From an uncultured Ignavibacteriaceae bacterium (GTDB lineage: Bacteria; Bacteroidota; Ignavibacteria; UBA10030): DNA of 64,000 nucleotides. The position numbers and the translations under genes were made by a program. The stretch spans positions 21,556-85,555 of the forward strand of contig CAYZRX010000005.1 in the NCBI GenBank assembly GCA_964480945.1, in the 5' to 3' direction. This document shows, piece by piece, positions 51,474 through 62,913 of the stretch. Each line of letters opens with the position of its first letter. The stretch's first letter is position 1. Under the pieces are notes generated by a model. That model was not told the origin of the DNA and did not search any database. It worked only from the letters and a program-made list of their open reading frames with translations.

Positions 51474-53519
51474 TCACCAATCGTCCGTCCGGAACGACGG
51501 GGCCGGCAATCCGTCTTTGTTGAAAAGCGTAGCCTCCGGTGCATTCGTGAAGGCATATCGGACAGCTAGCGGCCAGACTATTTCAGGATTGGAGAGGATC
51601 AGCCGGTTGCCCCGTACTCGTACGATGGCACGCTTGAATACCCGGTCCGGGCCGGCGATCTGGAATCCGTTCCCTTGAGTACCCTCTTCTACCTCGAGTC
51701 CTCCCTCCGCGTGCTCGAACAGCAGTTCAATCCTACCCTTGTGCCATTTATCGGACTTGAACAACGGTCCGGAGTACGGGATCTCCATGCCATAGGTCTT
51801 GGCCAACGCCCACAACGCGAGCCTCCCACCCACGTCCTGCTTGTCCGCCGGATGAATGTTCGTCGCGTTCCCGATGTCAAGTGTTACAGCCATACCGGTA
51901 TTCTCGATTGAAAGTGCCTCCGCCTGTGCCTCGCGCAGAAATTGCGACTTTGTTGAAGGGCCATACTCGTACGGCGCTATTTGTACGTAGTAGAAAGGAA
52001 GAAGGCTGCCCATCCTGAAATCGCTCCTCCAGTTCCTGATAAGGAGTGGGAAGAGCACCTTGTACTGTTTCGGATCCTTGGTGTCCGATTCCCCCTGATA
52101 CCAGATCACCCCTCTGATGGAATAGGGGATCACGGGTGCGATCATACCGTTGTAGAGAGCTGTCGGGGTGTCTGCCGAGAGATCAATCGGCAAACGGGGC
52201 CTCGTCTCATACTGGTCGCCAACTGGTCCGAACACATACAGGAGATTGCCAAGATATTCCGCGACAGGCAGGTACTTCCAGTTACCCGCGAGCGAGATGC
52301 GGTCGTCGCCTCCTTCGAGGTGCAGCGCCATCGACCTTGGATCACCATAGATCCCACCCCCGCCCTGGTAGTCGACCACGCGCACGGCGATCTGCACAAC
52401 CGTGCTGTCCACGATTCCGCTCGGGACTTCATACACCCTCTCCACCTTCCACTCCCCCTCCCCTTCGTGGCCGCCGACCTTCACACCGTTCACGAATGTC
52501 GCATCGATGTCGTCGATCGGACCGAGCTCCAGAATGAGCTTCCTCTGAACCCAGTCTGGTGGAATCGTGATCTGCTTCCTGAACCAGACGACGCCATCGA
52601 AATTCCCCATCTCGGTCGCTTCCCATAACGTGGGCAAGCGCATCACACGCCACGAGGCGTCGTCAAAAGAGGGCAACGCACACCCGTCATCTCCAAAGCT
52701 AAGCTCTTCCCACCTGCTGTCGCCTTTCCTGGCGCGCATGTCTATGACCGGATATCGACGCAGCCAGGTCTTCATGCGTTGTTGTCCGTCGGCACTCGCT
52801 CTCACCTTCTGAAGCGTCGTGTCAAATTGCGGAGCCTGCGAGAGAAAGCGCGCGGCAATCCACGAATGAACCGCCGTTCCTCCCCAGCTGGCGTGGATCA
52901 GACCGATCGGCACGTGCAGCGTTTCATACAATTTCTTTCCGAAGAAGTAGGCCGTCGCGCTGAAGTCGCCCGAAGTGGCGGGTGAGCACTCCGCCCACGC
53001 TCCATCGCACTCCGACTCCGGTACGGCGGAGAATGCCCGCCTCACGGTGAACAAGCGGATGTTGGGGAAGGATGAATTCTTAATCTCCCGTGCCGAGTTC
53101 TGGACCGTGTCCGTCGGCGGCCATCCGGCAAGCGGCATCTCCATGTTTGACTGTCCGGAACATAGCCAGACCTCGCCGACAAGAACATTTCTGATCGTCA
53201 GCGCCGTGTCATCGTGTCCGATGACGAGCTGATACGGCCCGCCGGCTGCGGGTGTGTTCAGTTTCAGCACCCAGGAACTGTCCGGATCGACGCGGGTCGC
53301 AACGCTCGTTCCCCACGACGATTCAAGCCTCACCTCGGACCCCGGCATTCCTCGTCCCCACAAGGGGACGATGCTCTGTTGCTGGAGGACCATATTATCG
53401 GTAATGAGAGGTGCCACACGGAAGAGCCTCTGTTGGCATATGGCGAACGAGGATATAAGGAACAAGGAAAGAAGAAGAGAGGCCACGGTGGCATTAAGCG
53501 ACGGGTCGCGGGTCTTCAT
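51474..53519 (-). CDS. SASA-family (sialate O-acetylesterase-like) acetylesterase with internal galactose-binding-like domain
   Basis: GEVWLCSGQSNME, VIWYQGES, DIGNATNIHP. Confidence 0.88.
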   Translation of the reverse strand: MKTRDPSLNATVASLLLSLFLISSFAICQQRLFRVAPLITDNMVLQQQSIVPLWGRGMPGSEVRLESSWGTSVATRVDPDSSWVLKLNTPAAGGPYQLVIGHDDTALTIRNVLVGEVWLCSGQSNMEMPLAGWPPTDTVQNSAREIKNSSFPNIRLFTVRRAFSAVPESECDGAWAECSPATSGDFSATAYFFGKKLYETLHVPIGLIHASWGGTAVHSWIAARFLSQAPQFDTTLQKVRASADGQQRMKTWLRRYPVIDMRARKGDSRWEELSFGDDGCALPSFDDASWRVMRLPTLWEATEMGNFDGVVWFRKQITIPPDWVQRKLILELGPIDDIDATFVNGVKVGGHEGEGEWKVERVYEVPSGIVDSTVVQIAVRVVDYQGGGGIYGDPRSMALHLEGGDDRISLAGNWKYLPVAEYLGNLLYVFGPVGDQYETRPRLPIDLSADTPTALYNGMIAPVIPYSIRGVIWYQGESDTKDPKQYKVLFPLLIRNWRSDFRMGSLLPFYYVQIAPYEYGPSTKSQFLREAQAEALSIENTGMAVTLDIGNATNIHPADKQDVGGRLALWALAKTYGMEIPYSGPLFKSDKWHKGRIELLFEHAEGGLEVEEGTQGNGFQIAGPDRVFKRAIVRVRGNRLILSNPEIVWPLAVRYAFTNAPEATLFNKDGLPAPSFRTDDW

Positions 53520-53683
53520 CTCAGTGACAAGAGTTAAGAATGAACGCCTCTAGACCACTTCAATAGAGCAAATCCCCTGCCAGTTTGAGATTGTTGATTC
53601 TCTGGCGGAAAAACCACCCCTTCGTGCGTCGCGCCCACAACCATTTATCAAATCAATAATCCCTTCTTCTTTTAACAATCAAA

Positions 53684-53699
53684 AGGGCAAGCTTGCCCT
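53684..53699. promoter_or_regulatory. Perfect 16-bp palindrome in a divergent intergenic region
   Basis: AGGGCAAGCTTGCCCT. Confidence 0.35.
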
Positions 53700-53849
53700 G
53701 AGAAAATGGGCGGGGCCGCGCTCCGGGTTTCGAGCCTGCTTCGTGGCATCGTTTGTGAATAATCTGCATATTTTCAGTTCGGATTGGCGTCGATGAACAT
53801 ACTCTCAACCCCCCTCGGCCGTTGAGGCCTTTGAGAACAAGGTGGATCT

Positions 53850-55217
53850 ATGAAATGGCAGAAGAAATCGCTTCTGTGTGCACTGGGCGTCGTTTCCCTT
53901 CTTTTGTCTTCGTGTTCTTTCCTTTCCCTGTTTCGGGAACGCGATAACTTCATCACGATTCGGGGAACGCAATTCATCCATAACGGGTCACCCTACTACT
54001 TTGCGGGAACAAACTTCTGGTACGGGTGCTATTTGGGCTCGACGGGCTCGACAGGTGACCGGCCGCGCCTCCTCCGGGAACTGGATTCGATGAAAGCAAA
54101 CGCCGTTGTGAACCTCCGCGTCCTTGCCGCGTCGGAGGAATCGTACATTCGCCGGTCCGTGAAGCCGGCCATCCAGCGCGCCCCGGGAGTCGTTGATGAT
54201 TCTCTTCTCCAGGGCCTCGATTTTCTGCTGGCGGAAATGGCAAAGCGCGACATGCACGCCGTGCTGTTTCTCGGCAACTACTGGGAGTGGTCCGGCGGAA
54301 TGGTGCAGTACAACGTCTGGACGGGAGCCAAACCCGTCGATCCGGAAGACCCGGCCCAGGGCTGGGGAGCGTTCATGGACTTCTCCGCGACGTTCTATTC
54401 CAATCCGGAAGCCATTCAACTGTATCGAAACTATGTCCACATGATCGTCACGAGACGAAACACGGTGAGCGGCAGGTTGTACTCCGAAGATCCGACGATC
54501 ATGTCCTGGCAGCTGGTGAATGAGCCGAGGCCGGGCCGCGACAACGAGGAAGGGCGAAGGAACCTTCCCGCCTTCTACCGCTGGATCGATCAGACGGCGA
54601 TGCTCATTCATTCGCTCGACACCAATCATTTGGTGAGCGCAGGGAGCGAAGGTACTGTCGGCACGCTCCAGTCGGAAGAGTACTACCTTGAAGCGTACCG
54701 GACGCCGCACATCGACTACCTCAACCTGCATCTGTGGCCGCTCAACTGGAGTTGGTTCGATCCGAAACGGTGGGAGGAAACGCTGCCGCCAACGGAAACG
54801 AAAGCCGTTGCATACATCAACCAGCACTTCGCACTGGCGCGAAGGCTCGGCAAGCCGATCGTTATGGACGAATTCGGCCTAGGGCGGGACAATGGAGAAA
54901 TCCTCCCGGGAACGCCGACGAGAGCGCGGGACCAGTACTACCGGTTGATCTTTCGGGTGCTCGAGGATTCGGCTCGTGCCGGGGCGCCGATTGCAGGGTC
55001 GAACTTCTGGGGATGGGGAGGTGAGGGGCGAGCGCAGCACCCGGACGGAATGTGGAGACCGGGCGACCCGTTCGTCGGCGATCCGCCGCAGGAGCCTCAG
55101 GGACGGAATTCGATTTTCATTTCCGACACCTCGACGCTCAGGATTATACGCGAACACGGTCAGAACATGCTGAGGCTGAGCGCGGCAGCTTCGCTCATCG
55201 TCTCGAAGCAGCCTTAG
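53850..55217 (+). CDS. GH5 (subfamily 7-like) beta-mannanase, lipoprotein
   Basis: Lipobox LSSC; [34 protein letters not shown]. Confidence 0.88.
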   Translation: MKWQKKSLLCALGVVSLLLSSCSFLSLFRERDNFITIRGTQFIHNGSPYYFAGTNFWYGCYLGSTGSTGDRPRLLRELDSMKANAVVNLRVLAASEESYIRRSVKPAIQRAPGVVDDSLLQGLDFLLAEMAKRDMHAVLFLGNYWEWSGGMVQYNVWTGAKPVDPEDPAQGWGAFMDFSATFYSNPEAIQLYRNYVHMIVTRRNTVSGRLYSEDPTIMSWQLVNEPRPGRDNEEGRRNLPAFYRWIDQTAMLIHSLDTNHLVSAGSEGTVGTLQSEEYYLEAYRTPHIDYLNLHLWPLNWSWFDPKRWEETLPPTETKAVAYINQHFALARRLGKPIVMDEFGLGRDNGEILPGTPTRARDQYYRLIFRVLEDSARAGAPIAGSNFWGWGGEGRAQHPDGMWRPGDPFVGDPPQEPQGRNSIFISDTSTLRIIREHGQNMLRLSAAASLIVSKQP

Positions 55218-56422
55218 CGGGATCTCGACCGACTGGACTTTTTCGCGAGGATCTTGAGGTTCTTCTCGATGAGAGCAACCCGCTGGCGGACTGACACCCC
55301 GGTGCGCAAACCGTCCTCAGGGGTGTGCAAGACGTAGTCCAGAAGCTGATCCGACGTCGACGTGGCAACGTGTACTCTCGTGTCCGACGAGCCGTAGAAG
55401 ATAAACACTTCCCCGTTCTTCCTCATCACCCATCCGCTGCTGAACACTACGTTGGAGACGTCTCCGACGCGCTCCTCCCCTTCCGGGGCGAGAAAATACC
55501 CTCCCGGTCGTGCGATCACTCTGTTCGGCTCCTTCAGATCCGTCAGGAACAGATAGAGCACGTATCGCAACCCCGCGGCGGTGTTTCGAACCCCGTGGGC
55601 GAGCTGGAGCCACCCTCTGTCGGTCTTCAGAGGGGCAGGCCCAAGGCCGTTCTTCACTTCCTTGATGGTGTGATACACCCGGTCATCAATGATGGTTTCC
55701 GAGTCGATGACCGCGTGTTCGATGCTCTGCGAGAGTCCCCACCCGATGCCGCCGCCCGAACCGGTGTCAATAAACCCATCCTGCGGTCGCGTGTAGAAGG
55801 CGTACTTCCCATCAACGAACTCCGGGTGAAGAACGACATTTCGCTGCTGGGGCGAGACGGTTTTCAGGTCATCCAGTCGTTCCCACGTCTTCAAATCTCT
55901 CGTCCTGGCAATGCCGCATTGTGCGATGGCAGCCGAAGTGTCGGTTCGTGGCGCCTTGGGATCCTTCCGTTCCGTGCAGAACAGCCCGTAGATCCACCCA
56001 TCTTCGTGCTGGACAAGCCTCATATCGTAGACGTTGACATCAGGAGTTCCGGTCTCGGGCAGCTGAATCGGAGAGTCCCAGAAGTGAAAATTGTCGATCC
56101 CGTTCCGCGACTCAGCGACTGCAAAGAACGATTTTCGATCGGCACCTTCAACCCGCACCACGAGGAGGATCCTCCCGTCGATCTCTATTGCGCCGGGGTT
56201 GAATGCGGCATTGACCCCCATGCGTTCCATGAGGTACGGGTTGGAGCGATAGTTGAGATCATATCTCCAGAAGAGAGGGGCATGGTGGGCGGTGACAACG
56301 GGGTGCTCGAATCGCCGGAGAACACCATTGGTCGATCCGAGCGATTTGTTCTTTCTCTTCAGCAGGATTTCTTGCTTCTTGACGAGCCGTCGGACGGCCG
56401 CGTTGAATTCACTCTGTGTCAT
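55214..56422 (-). CDS. mgp: GH130 4-O-beta-D-mannosyl-D-glucose phosphorylase
   Basis: [46 protein letters not shown]. Confidence 0.9.
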   Translation of the reverse strand: MTQSEFNAAVRRLVKKQEILLKRKNKSLGSTNGVLRRFEHPVVTAHHAPLFWRYDLNYRSNPYLMERMGVNAAFNPGAIEIDGRILLVVRVEGADRKSFFAVAESRNGIDNFHFWDSPIQLPETGTPDVNVYDMRLVQHEDGWIYGLFCTERKDPKAPRTDTSAAIAQCGIARTRDLKTWERLDDLKTVSPQQRNVVLHPEFVDGKYAFYTRPQDGFIDTGSGGGIGWGLSQSIEHAVIDSETIIDDRVYHTIKEVKNGLGPAPLKTDRGWLQLAHGVRNTAAGLRYVLYLFLTDLKEPNRVIARPGGYFLAPEGEERVGDVSNVVFSSGWVMRKNGEVFIFYGSSDTRVHVATSTSDQLLDYVLHTPEDGLRTGVSVRQRVALIEKNLKILAKKSSRSRSR

Positions 56423-56435
56423 GATTCATTGCCGC

Positions 56436-58295
56436 CTACTTTATTGTCGTCAAAGCCTCTGCCGGTGCGAGCTCCTTCCTTTCTCCCGGCAAGATCTCGG
56501 CAGCTGCTTCATCGAGCTTGTTCCACCAGTTCAGTTTGAGGATGACAGACGTGAGGATGGTAATGCCCAGGACGGCGAGGAACATCTTGTAGTCATGCAC
56601 GACCAGATAGATGGGAAGCGCCACGAGCGATGCTTGCCAGATTATGCCGACCAGAACATTCGTCGCGTCACGCTTGAAGCTCTTGTTCGGCTGAAACGAC
56701 GGATAAATCTTCTTCGCTTTCTCATATACAGGCTTCCACCACCCCCACGGCCTCACCTGGATGTAGAACTTCATGAGGACCTCGTCGGGCTCGGGCTTGG
56801 TCATGTAACTCCCGAGGATACATCCCACCAACGAGACTCCGAGGATATAGGGAAACGCCGACAGGGCCGGAACCGAAGGGAAAGCGAAAGGAATGAAGAG
56901 GGCAGCCGCGATGCCTGCCACCATTCCCCAGAAATACCCATAGCCGTTCAGCCGCCACCAGTACCATTTCAAGAGATTGGAAGCCGTATAGCCCCCGAAG
57001 AGGGCATTCACGATCCATAAGGTCACTTGATTGATGGACTCGACGATGAGGCCGAAGGCGAAGCCGAGCAACACGAAGACCACGGTGATCACGTAGCTGA
57101 GCCGAACGTACTTTCTCGGTTCGGCATTGGGATTGATGAACCGCTTGTAGATATCGTTGACAACATAGGCAGGCGCGGCGTTGATCGTAGCCGCGTACGT
57201 AGACATGAAGGCGGCGAGCAGGCCGGCCAGCAGAACGCCGATCAGTCCGACGGGGAGCAGGTTCTTGATCGTATAGGGAAGCACCATTTCGAAATCAATG
57301 TTTCCCCCCATCGCCTGCAACTGGGGCGTGTAGTAGACCAAGGCCAGCACGGTCAAACCGGCAACCATCATGTATCTCGGGAAGAACAGGACCACGGACA
57401 CAAACCAGCTCATCTTTGCCGCTTCCTTCGGCGACCGGGTCGCAAGCACGCGCTGCATATCGTAGTTGGGGGCTGGACCGGCGGAACTGACGAGCATCCC
57501 CTTAAACAATACCATCATGAAGAGGATCCCGAAAAGACCATAACCGTCACTCTGGATCTTGGTATTCACGGCATCGATGAGCCCAGTCCAGTCGAGATCG
57601 AGCCTCCAACCGAAGAAAATGTTTGTCCATCCCTCCGGTATGAACTTGCTCAACATCTCGGGTGAAACCGCGTTCATGGCGAGGATGCCAACCACGATCG
57701 ATGCGACGGTCATCACAAGGAACTGGATAACCTCCGTAATGACGACGCTGAACATGCCCCCCTTCACGGCGTAGATGGCCGTCAGAGACATGAAAATGAT
57801 AGCGTAGGCGTCGGGAGATAGATTCCACGGCAGAAAGATCGCCGCGAATTTGCCTATCCCCTTGAAATCATACGCGATGAAGCCGATGACGCTCACCAGG
57901 GCGAATACCACAACACTGATATGGGAGAGTTGTGCCCCCCGGCTCTTTCCGAATCTGGTTTCAATCCATGCCGCGCCGGTCATAACGTTCGACTTCCGCA
58001 GCCAGATGGCAAGATACACCATCAAGAAGACCTGGTTGAAGATAGGCCAGAGCCAGGGAAGCCAGACGCTCTTGAGGCCGTAGACAAAGAGAAGATAGAC
58101 AAGCCACATTGTGCCCGTGATGTCGAACATGCCCGACGCGTTCGAAACGCCGAGCATCCACCACGGCAGGGAGTTGCCACCGAGAAAGTACCAGTGGATG
58201 TCCTTCGCTGCTTTCTTCGAGACAATGACGCCAAGCGTCACCACAACGGCGAAATACGTGATGATGATGGCGATATCGATGATGTGAACTTCCAT
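56436..58295 (-). CDS. Sodium:solute symporter (SSS), probably a manno-oligosaccharide importer
   Basis: YFLGGNSLPWW, many TM helices, directly upstream of GH130. Confidence 0.9.
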   Translation of the reverse strand: MEVHIIDIAIIITYFAVVVTLGVIVSKKAAKDIHWYFLGGNSLPWWMLGVSNASGMFDITGTMWLVYLLFVYGLKSVWLPWLWPIFNQVFLMVYLAIWLRKSNVMTGAAWIETRFGKSRGAQLSHISVVVFALVSVIGFIAYDFKGIGKFAAIFLPWNLSPDAYAIIFMSLTAIYAVKGGMFSVVITEVIQFLVMTVASIVVGILAMNAVSPEMLSKFIPEGWTNIFFGWRLDLDWTGLIDAVNTKIQSDGYGLFGILFMMVLFKGMLVSSAGPAPNYDMQRVLATRSPKEAAKMSWFVSVVLFFPRYMMVAGLTVLALVYYTPQLQAMGGNIDFEMVLPYTIKNLLPVGLIGVLLAGLLAAFMSTYAATINAAPAYVVNDIYKRFINPNAEPRKYVRLSYVITVVFVLLGFAFGLIVESINQVTLWIVNALFGGYTASNLLKWYWWRLNGYGYFWGMVAGIAAALFIPFAFPSVPALSAFPYILGVSLVGCILGSYMTKPEPDEVLMKFYIQVRPWGWWKPVYEKAKKIYPSFQPNKSFKRDATNVLVGIIWQASLVALPIYLVVHDYKMFLAVLGITILTSVILKLNWWNKLDEAAAEILPGERKELAPAEALTTIK

Positions 58296-58419
58296 GACGG
58301 GTTTCAGTGTTGGAGGTGGTTAGGAAAAACCTTTGAAAGCAAATCACAATCCATGCCACTCACCATTGCGCGCGAGGCGTCATTTTCAGAGGGTTTTTGA
58401 GAGACCTTTCCGCGCCCTT

Positions 58420-58434
58420 TTATCACTCTGATAA
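58420..58434. promoter_or_regulatory. Perfect TTATCA-N3-TGATAA site upstream of the SSS-GH130 operon
   Basis: TTATCACTCTGATAA, 125 bp from the SSS start. Confidence 0.45.
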
Positions 58435-58682
58435 TGTCGGAGGAATTGATAAAGGGAAAAGCACCGATTTCGCAAGTGAGAACCGGATCTCCCCTGCTGG
58501 AGGAGTGGCCCGCTCTGAGACCTGGTCCGGTTCGATCACGCCGCGACCCGACGTTGAGACCGTGCCCTTTTCGTGAGGCTCGACCCACCCCCAGTGAGGA
58601 GCACTTTCGTCAAAGAGTTCCTCCGCTCTCAGATTGACTTTCTCGATGCCGAGCGGTATTTTTTCGACAACTTCTTCCCCCT

Positions 58683-59993
58683 GTGCCGCTGAAAACACAT
58701 CCAACACACCGGCTCATTCCCCTCATTGCGACTCTCGCGGTGATGCTCCTGGCGATCCGCTGGATTCCCATCGCGCCGATCATCGCGTACACGGCAGTCT
58801 TCATTTCTGCATCGGTCCTTTACTGGGTGATCTGCCGAGAGTCGCTTCACGTCGAAGCCTCTGGACGTGGGCTCATGCCGCTGCTCATCGTCCTTATTCT
58901 GGTGCGCGCGAGCTTCATCGGGATGCAGCCCCTTGGCTCAGATGACGTCTACCGCTATGTATGGGATGGCCGCGTCCAGACAGCGGGGATCAACCCGTAC
59001 CGATTCGCCCCGGACGACAGCACGCTGCGCCCTCTCAACAGCAAGGAACTCCCCTCCCACGTGAACCACCCCGACATGAAGACGATCTATTTTCCGTTGT
59101 GCCAGTGGCTCTTCTATGTCGGCTACCACCTGAGCGGAGAGCACGTGTGGGGCTTTCAGCTTCTTATCCTCCTCGCGGAGATCCTGACCATCGTGAGCCT
59201 CATCATGCTTATGCGGGAGCTTGCGTACTCGCCGTGGCTCGTGCTCATCTATGCCGCTAATCCGCTCGCGATCCTTCAATTCTCCCTCGATGCTCACGTC
59301 GATGCGTTCGGATTTCCGCTGCTTATCTTCGCGTTCCTTTTCTATCATAGAAAGAGAACAACCTTTTCGCTCCTCCTCTTCGGATTCTCGCTCTTGATCA
59401 AGCCCGTTGCTCTCGTCATCCTGCCGATTCTGTTTCTTCACGAGCGCGGTCTGCTCAACAAAGCCAAGGCGGTTCTTCTGCCGCTGGCAGTCGTTCTCAT
59501 CCCCTTCATACCGTACGCGCTCAATGCCAATCCTTTCGAAGCTCTCACCACATTTTCGGAGCATTGGTACTTCAACGGCGCCCTCTTCAGCATGCTGTAT
59601 CCATTGTTTTCAGACAACCAGACAACGCGCCTGTGGTGTTTTGCCATCCTCGCGGTTGTGTTGATGGCGCTGTACGTAAGCAGAAAGCCTCTGCACGAGA
59701 AGGCTGTGCTCGCAGTTCTCTTTTTGCTTCTCTGTTCGCCCGTGGCACACCCCTGGTATATGGGATGGCTGATCGTTCTCCTCCCTCTCGCACCGATTTC
59801 GAGCGGGCTCGCACTCGCGGCGACGGCGAGCCTACCGTCCGTCACGTTTGTTACCTATCAGCTGAATGGCGTTTGGAAAGACTACCCGCTGGTTTTGGTT
59901 CTTGAGTACGTGCCTGTCATCGCGCTTCTGCTTTTCGACCTATTCAAGAGGGGAGCGACACGAGCAAGCACAGGAAATGAGGTGGGAACATAG
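58683..59993 (+). CDS. GT-C fold membrane glycosyltransferase (GT87/DUF2029-like)
   Basis: SDDVYRYVWDGRV..GINPY, TIYFP, NPL, HPWY. Confidence 0.75.
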   Translation: MPLKTHPTHRLIPLIATLAVMLLAIRWIPIAPIIAYTAVFISASVLYWVICRESLHVEASGRGLMPLLIVLILVRASFIGMQPLGSDDVYRYVWDGRVQTAGINPYRFAPDDSTLRPLNSKELPSHVNHPDMKTIYFPLCQWLFYVGYHLSGEHVWGFQLLILLAEILTIVSLIMLMRELAYSPWLVLIYAANPLAILQFSLDAHVDAFGFPLLIFAFLFYHRKRTTFSLLLFGFSLLIKPVALVILPILFLHERGLLNKAKAVLLPLAVVLIPFIPYALNANPFEALTTFSEHWYFNGALFSMLYPLFSDNQTTRLWCFAILAVVLMALYVSRKPLHEKAVLAVLFLLLCSPVAHPWYMGWLIVLLPLAPISSGLALAATASLPSVTFVTYQLNGVWKDYPLVLVLEYVPVIALLLFDLFKRGATRASTGNEVGT

Positions 59994-60248
59994 GCGAGAC
60001 GACAACAGATTTGGTGTGTGAGGAAGGTAAGAGAAGGGTAGATTGCTGCTCCTTCGGCCGCAAACGATAAGTCCCCACCAGCTTTCGCCAGCAGGGACTT
60101 TTCATCGGGACTGCAAGCGGGGCAGCCCGATAAAGACTCTAGACACTTATGAAACGATAGCGGCTCGGTTCACTGGTGCGAGTCCCCGTGGAAGCTCTAG
60201 AATTCACGGGGCTGCAGTTGTTTCCCGTTTCACCATGCACTCGATGGA

Positions 60249-60743
60249 CTACCGCCGGCCCCTCGCGGGACGATGTCCGACCATGACATGGCCGCCATAA
60301 TGTCCACCGATGTGCGAGTATCCGCTGTAGATTGATGGATACCAAGGATACCAGTAGTACCAGGGATCGGGGTACCAGAAAGCGCTCCAGTAGGGATCAT
60401 ACAGAGGGGCATAGACTCGTGTTCGACGCACGGGTCGTGGTTTCTGGCTTGTCTGGATCATCGCGCTGATGACCCGTTCGCTCACACCCTCTTTCTTCAG
60501 GGTCAGAATATCATCCGTCGTCAGCTTGAAGTACGAATCCGTGGCTTTGATCTGGTTGATGATCACGTCGTCGCCCACGTTGTCCTTCGCCAGCGCAATA
60601 ACATCATCGATCGTCATTGGTGGGGGCAGCAGCGAGTCCTGTACCGCCTGCATGTCTCGATCGCGATGCGTGTAGTAGCCGGACATGCAACCCGTCCCAA
60701 CAAATGAGACCGCTAACGCAATGAGAAATACGATTTTCTTCAT
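60249..60743 (-). CDS. Hypothetical lipoprotein with Tyr/Trp/Gly-rich tail
   Basis: MKKIVFLIALAVSFVGTGC; LTTDDILTLKKEGVSERVISAM. Confidence 0.75.
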   Translation of the reverse strand: MKKIVFLIALAVSFVGTGCMSGYYTHRDRDMQAVQDSLLPPPMTIDDVIALAKDNVGDDVIINQIKATDSYFKLTTDDILTLKKEGVSERVISAMIQTSQKPRPVRRTRVYAPLYDPYWSAFWYPDPWYYWYPWYPSIYSGYSHIGGHYGGHVMVGHRPARGRR

Positions 60744-61247
60744 ATCCCTTCGCTCCTTTGATGCAAATATGACTTCCTCTTCCGCCCCGTTGGGCACCCT
60801 CTCACTAGATGGAAATGCTCCCTTCCCAACGAAGGCAGAAGAGCCAGACTTCATAAAGTCAACCCTTGTGCCACGAAACATTCGATTCCCAGGCTGTTTT
60901 GGGGAAAACGAGCCTCAAAATTGTCCCAGTCGTACACAAAAATCTACATGGATGTCCTTTTTTTGAAGTTGTCAGTTGGCCGAATTAACGAAGGGAGTAA
61001 GCTGAGCTGTAACTTATCTGTCCGGCATTGACGGAGCGGAGCGCCACGACGCAAACGACGTCGCTGCCGATGATGGGCCTCTTCATGGTTCAAACTTCGT
61101 TTCGTACCATCAGGCATGCCGCCCCCGGCGCGATGAGATCGAAGAAAAGAAGAGAGTAAGGAGGAAATTACTGAACACTCAGACTGACCTCGGAGTGAGA
61201 ATCTTGCAGCGTCTGAGGTGGTGTTTCAAATCAGAAAGGATAGGTAG

Positions 61248-61604
61248 ATGAAGGAGAGCAATTGGATCCGCGAATTCCCTGCGGCGATCACCGTGTGCGA
61301 CCGCGATGGAATCGTACTTGCGATGAACGACAGATCGTGCGCAACGTTTGCTGAGGAGGGCGGGACAGCTCTGATCGGCACGAACCTGCTCGATTGCCAC
61401 CCTGAGCCGGCCCGAACGAAAGTGGCATCACTGCTGAGTTCCGGGTCGCCAAACGTTTACACGATCGAAAAAGGAGGAATCAAGAAGTTGATCTACCAGT
61501 CGCCGTGGTACGATCACGGCACGTACGCCGGTTTTGTGGAGCTGTCACTCCCGATACCGGCCGAGATACCACACTTCATCAGAGATACGAAGGGTAGCGA
61601 ATAG
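61248..61604 (+). CDS. Stand-alone PAS-domain protein
   Basis: AITVCDRDGIVLAMND, LIGTNLLDCHP. Confidence 0.8.
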   Translation: MKESNWIREFPAAITVCDRDGIVLAMNDRSCATFAEEGGTALIGTNLLDCHPEPARTKVASLLSSGSPNVYTIEKGGIKKLIYQSPWYDHGTYAGFVELSLPIPAEIPHFIRDTKGSE

Positions 61605-61671
61605 GCCTACGAGCGGAAAGGCTCAAGGGAGCACTCGCACACGACCGTTTGCACTGTTTATCGCAGTAATG

Positions 61672-62844
61672 TCAATTGCTCTTGCAGGATGGGTACGATT
61701 CCTTCACGAGCGCTTCTATCTCCGCCAGCGTGGCCACACGCGGGTTGGCTTTGTAATCAGGCAACACCATAGACTGTTTTGCCAGCGCGGGCAATTCCGC
61801 TTCGGGGACACCCACGTCCGCAAGTCCGAGTCGGAGCCCGATCTTCTTCAGGAAAGTGTCCACGAGCCCGCTGCTGCGCTCCGCTGCAACTATCTCCGGC
61901 TTTTCTGCCAGTGTAGGATCAAGAACACGCGCCAGCCGCGCAAACTGCGGTACGGCGCTTCGCCACGTAAAGCGCACGAAGGCCGGATACACGATGGCCA
62001 GCGCCACGCCGTGTGCCACGTGCGGGTACATACCGCCGATGGCCATGCCTATGCCATGCGGCAACGTCACGCCGGCATTCGCGATGCTGTAGCCGCCGAG
62101 GGTATCTGCCCACGCGAGGGATTCGCGGGCATCAAGATCGGAGCCATTGGCCAGTGCCTTCGGGAGCGCCTCGACGACCAGGCCTATCCCCTGCCATGCC
62201 ATCAACTCGATGATCGGACTGCAGTTCGGATGGATCGTGGACTCAAAGGAGTGGCAGAGAGCGTCGAAGCCTGTGGGCGCCGTCGCCTCACGCGGGAGGC
62301 TGACCATCAGCTCCGGATCCACAATGGAGACCTTGGGGTAGACATTGGGGTGATAGATCGCCGACTTGTCTCGGAGGGCGGGATTCGTGACGACAGCCAC
62401 CTGTGTTACCTGCGAGCCCGTCCCAGAGGTTGTTGACACCGCAATGATCGGCAGCGTCTTCTCCGTTGGAGCCTTCTTGTAGAAGAGATAGTCCCAGCAG
62501 GAACCTTCGTGCGTTGCTTCAACAGCGATGGCTTTCGCGCTGTCCATGCTTGACCCGCCCCCCAGACCGATCACAGACTGAACCCCACACTCACGCGCGA
62601 CCTTTGCTCCGGCAGCTATGGATTCCACCGTCGGGTTCGGCACCACACCGTCAAAGTGGGTCACCTTCAATCCCTCCTCCTTCAGGATCTGGAGAATCCG
62701 GGCATATTGCTCCCTGACTGGAGGGGACTCCTTGACAGTGACGAGGAGTGTCCGGTCGCCAAAGCGTTTCGCGAACGTCCCCAATTCTTTGATTCTTCCG
62801 CGGCCGAACACCAGCTCAGTCGGCTGATAGTAATTGAATCTCAT
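61672..62844 (-). CDS. Iron-containing alcohol dehydrogenase
   Basis: GLGGGSSMDSAK, TTSGTGS, DALCHSFE, HG..HG. Confidence 0.92.
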   Translation of the reverse strand: MRFNYYQPTELVFGRGRIKELGTFAKRFGDRTLLVTVKESPPVREQYARILQILKEEGLKVTHFDGVVPNPTVESIAAGAKVARECGVQSVIGLGGGSSMDSAKAIAVEATHEGSCWDYLFYKKAPTEKTLPIIAVSTTSGTGSQVTQVAVVTNPALRDKSAIYHPNVYPKVSIVDPELMVSLPREATAPTGFDALCHSFESTIHPNCSPIIELMAWQGIGLVVEALPKALANGSDLDARESLAWADTLGGYSIANAGVTLPHGIGMAIGGMYPHVAHGVALAIVYPAFVRFTWRSAVPQFARLARVLDPTLAEKPEIVAAERSSGLVDTFLKKIGLRLGLADVGVPEAELPALAKQSMVLPDYKANPRVATLAEIEALVKESYPSCKSN

Positions 62845-62913
62845 TTGATCTCCTCTTCATTGTAACAGATGCATACGACGAGGTTCACACGGTAAGCCCA
62901 ACAGCGTACCAAG

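Noticed and set aside
53680-53750. Possible c-di-GMP or other riboswitch (also 23540-23580)
   Set aside because: Only fragments (GGGCAA, GCAAAG) match and the required stems are not evident; an Rfam cmscan would settle it.
5322-56539. Long antisense ORFs (5322-6467, 10691-11911, 30244-31317, 46985-48010, 55325-56539 and similar)
   Set aside because: They are shadows of well-supported opposite-strand genes, have no motifs, and are expected at this GC content.
58596-58623. 11/12-bp hairpin before the GT87-like gene
   Set aside because: No U-tract on either strand and no second copy; function unsupported.
61000-61100. 33-aa signal-peptide-like minus-strand ORF (MKRPIIGSDVVCVVAL..)
   Set aside because: Too short, with no RBS and no downstream domain.
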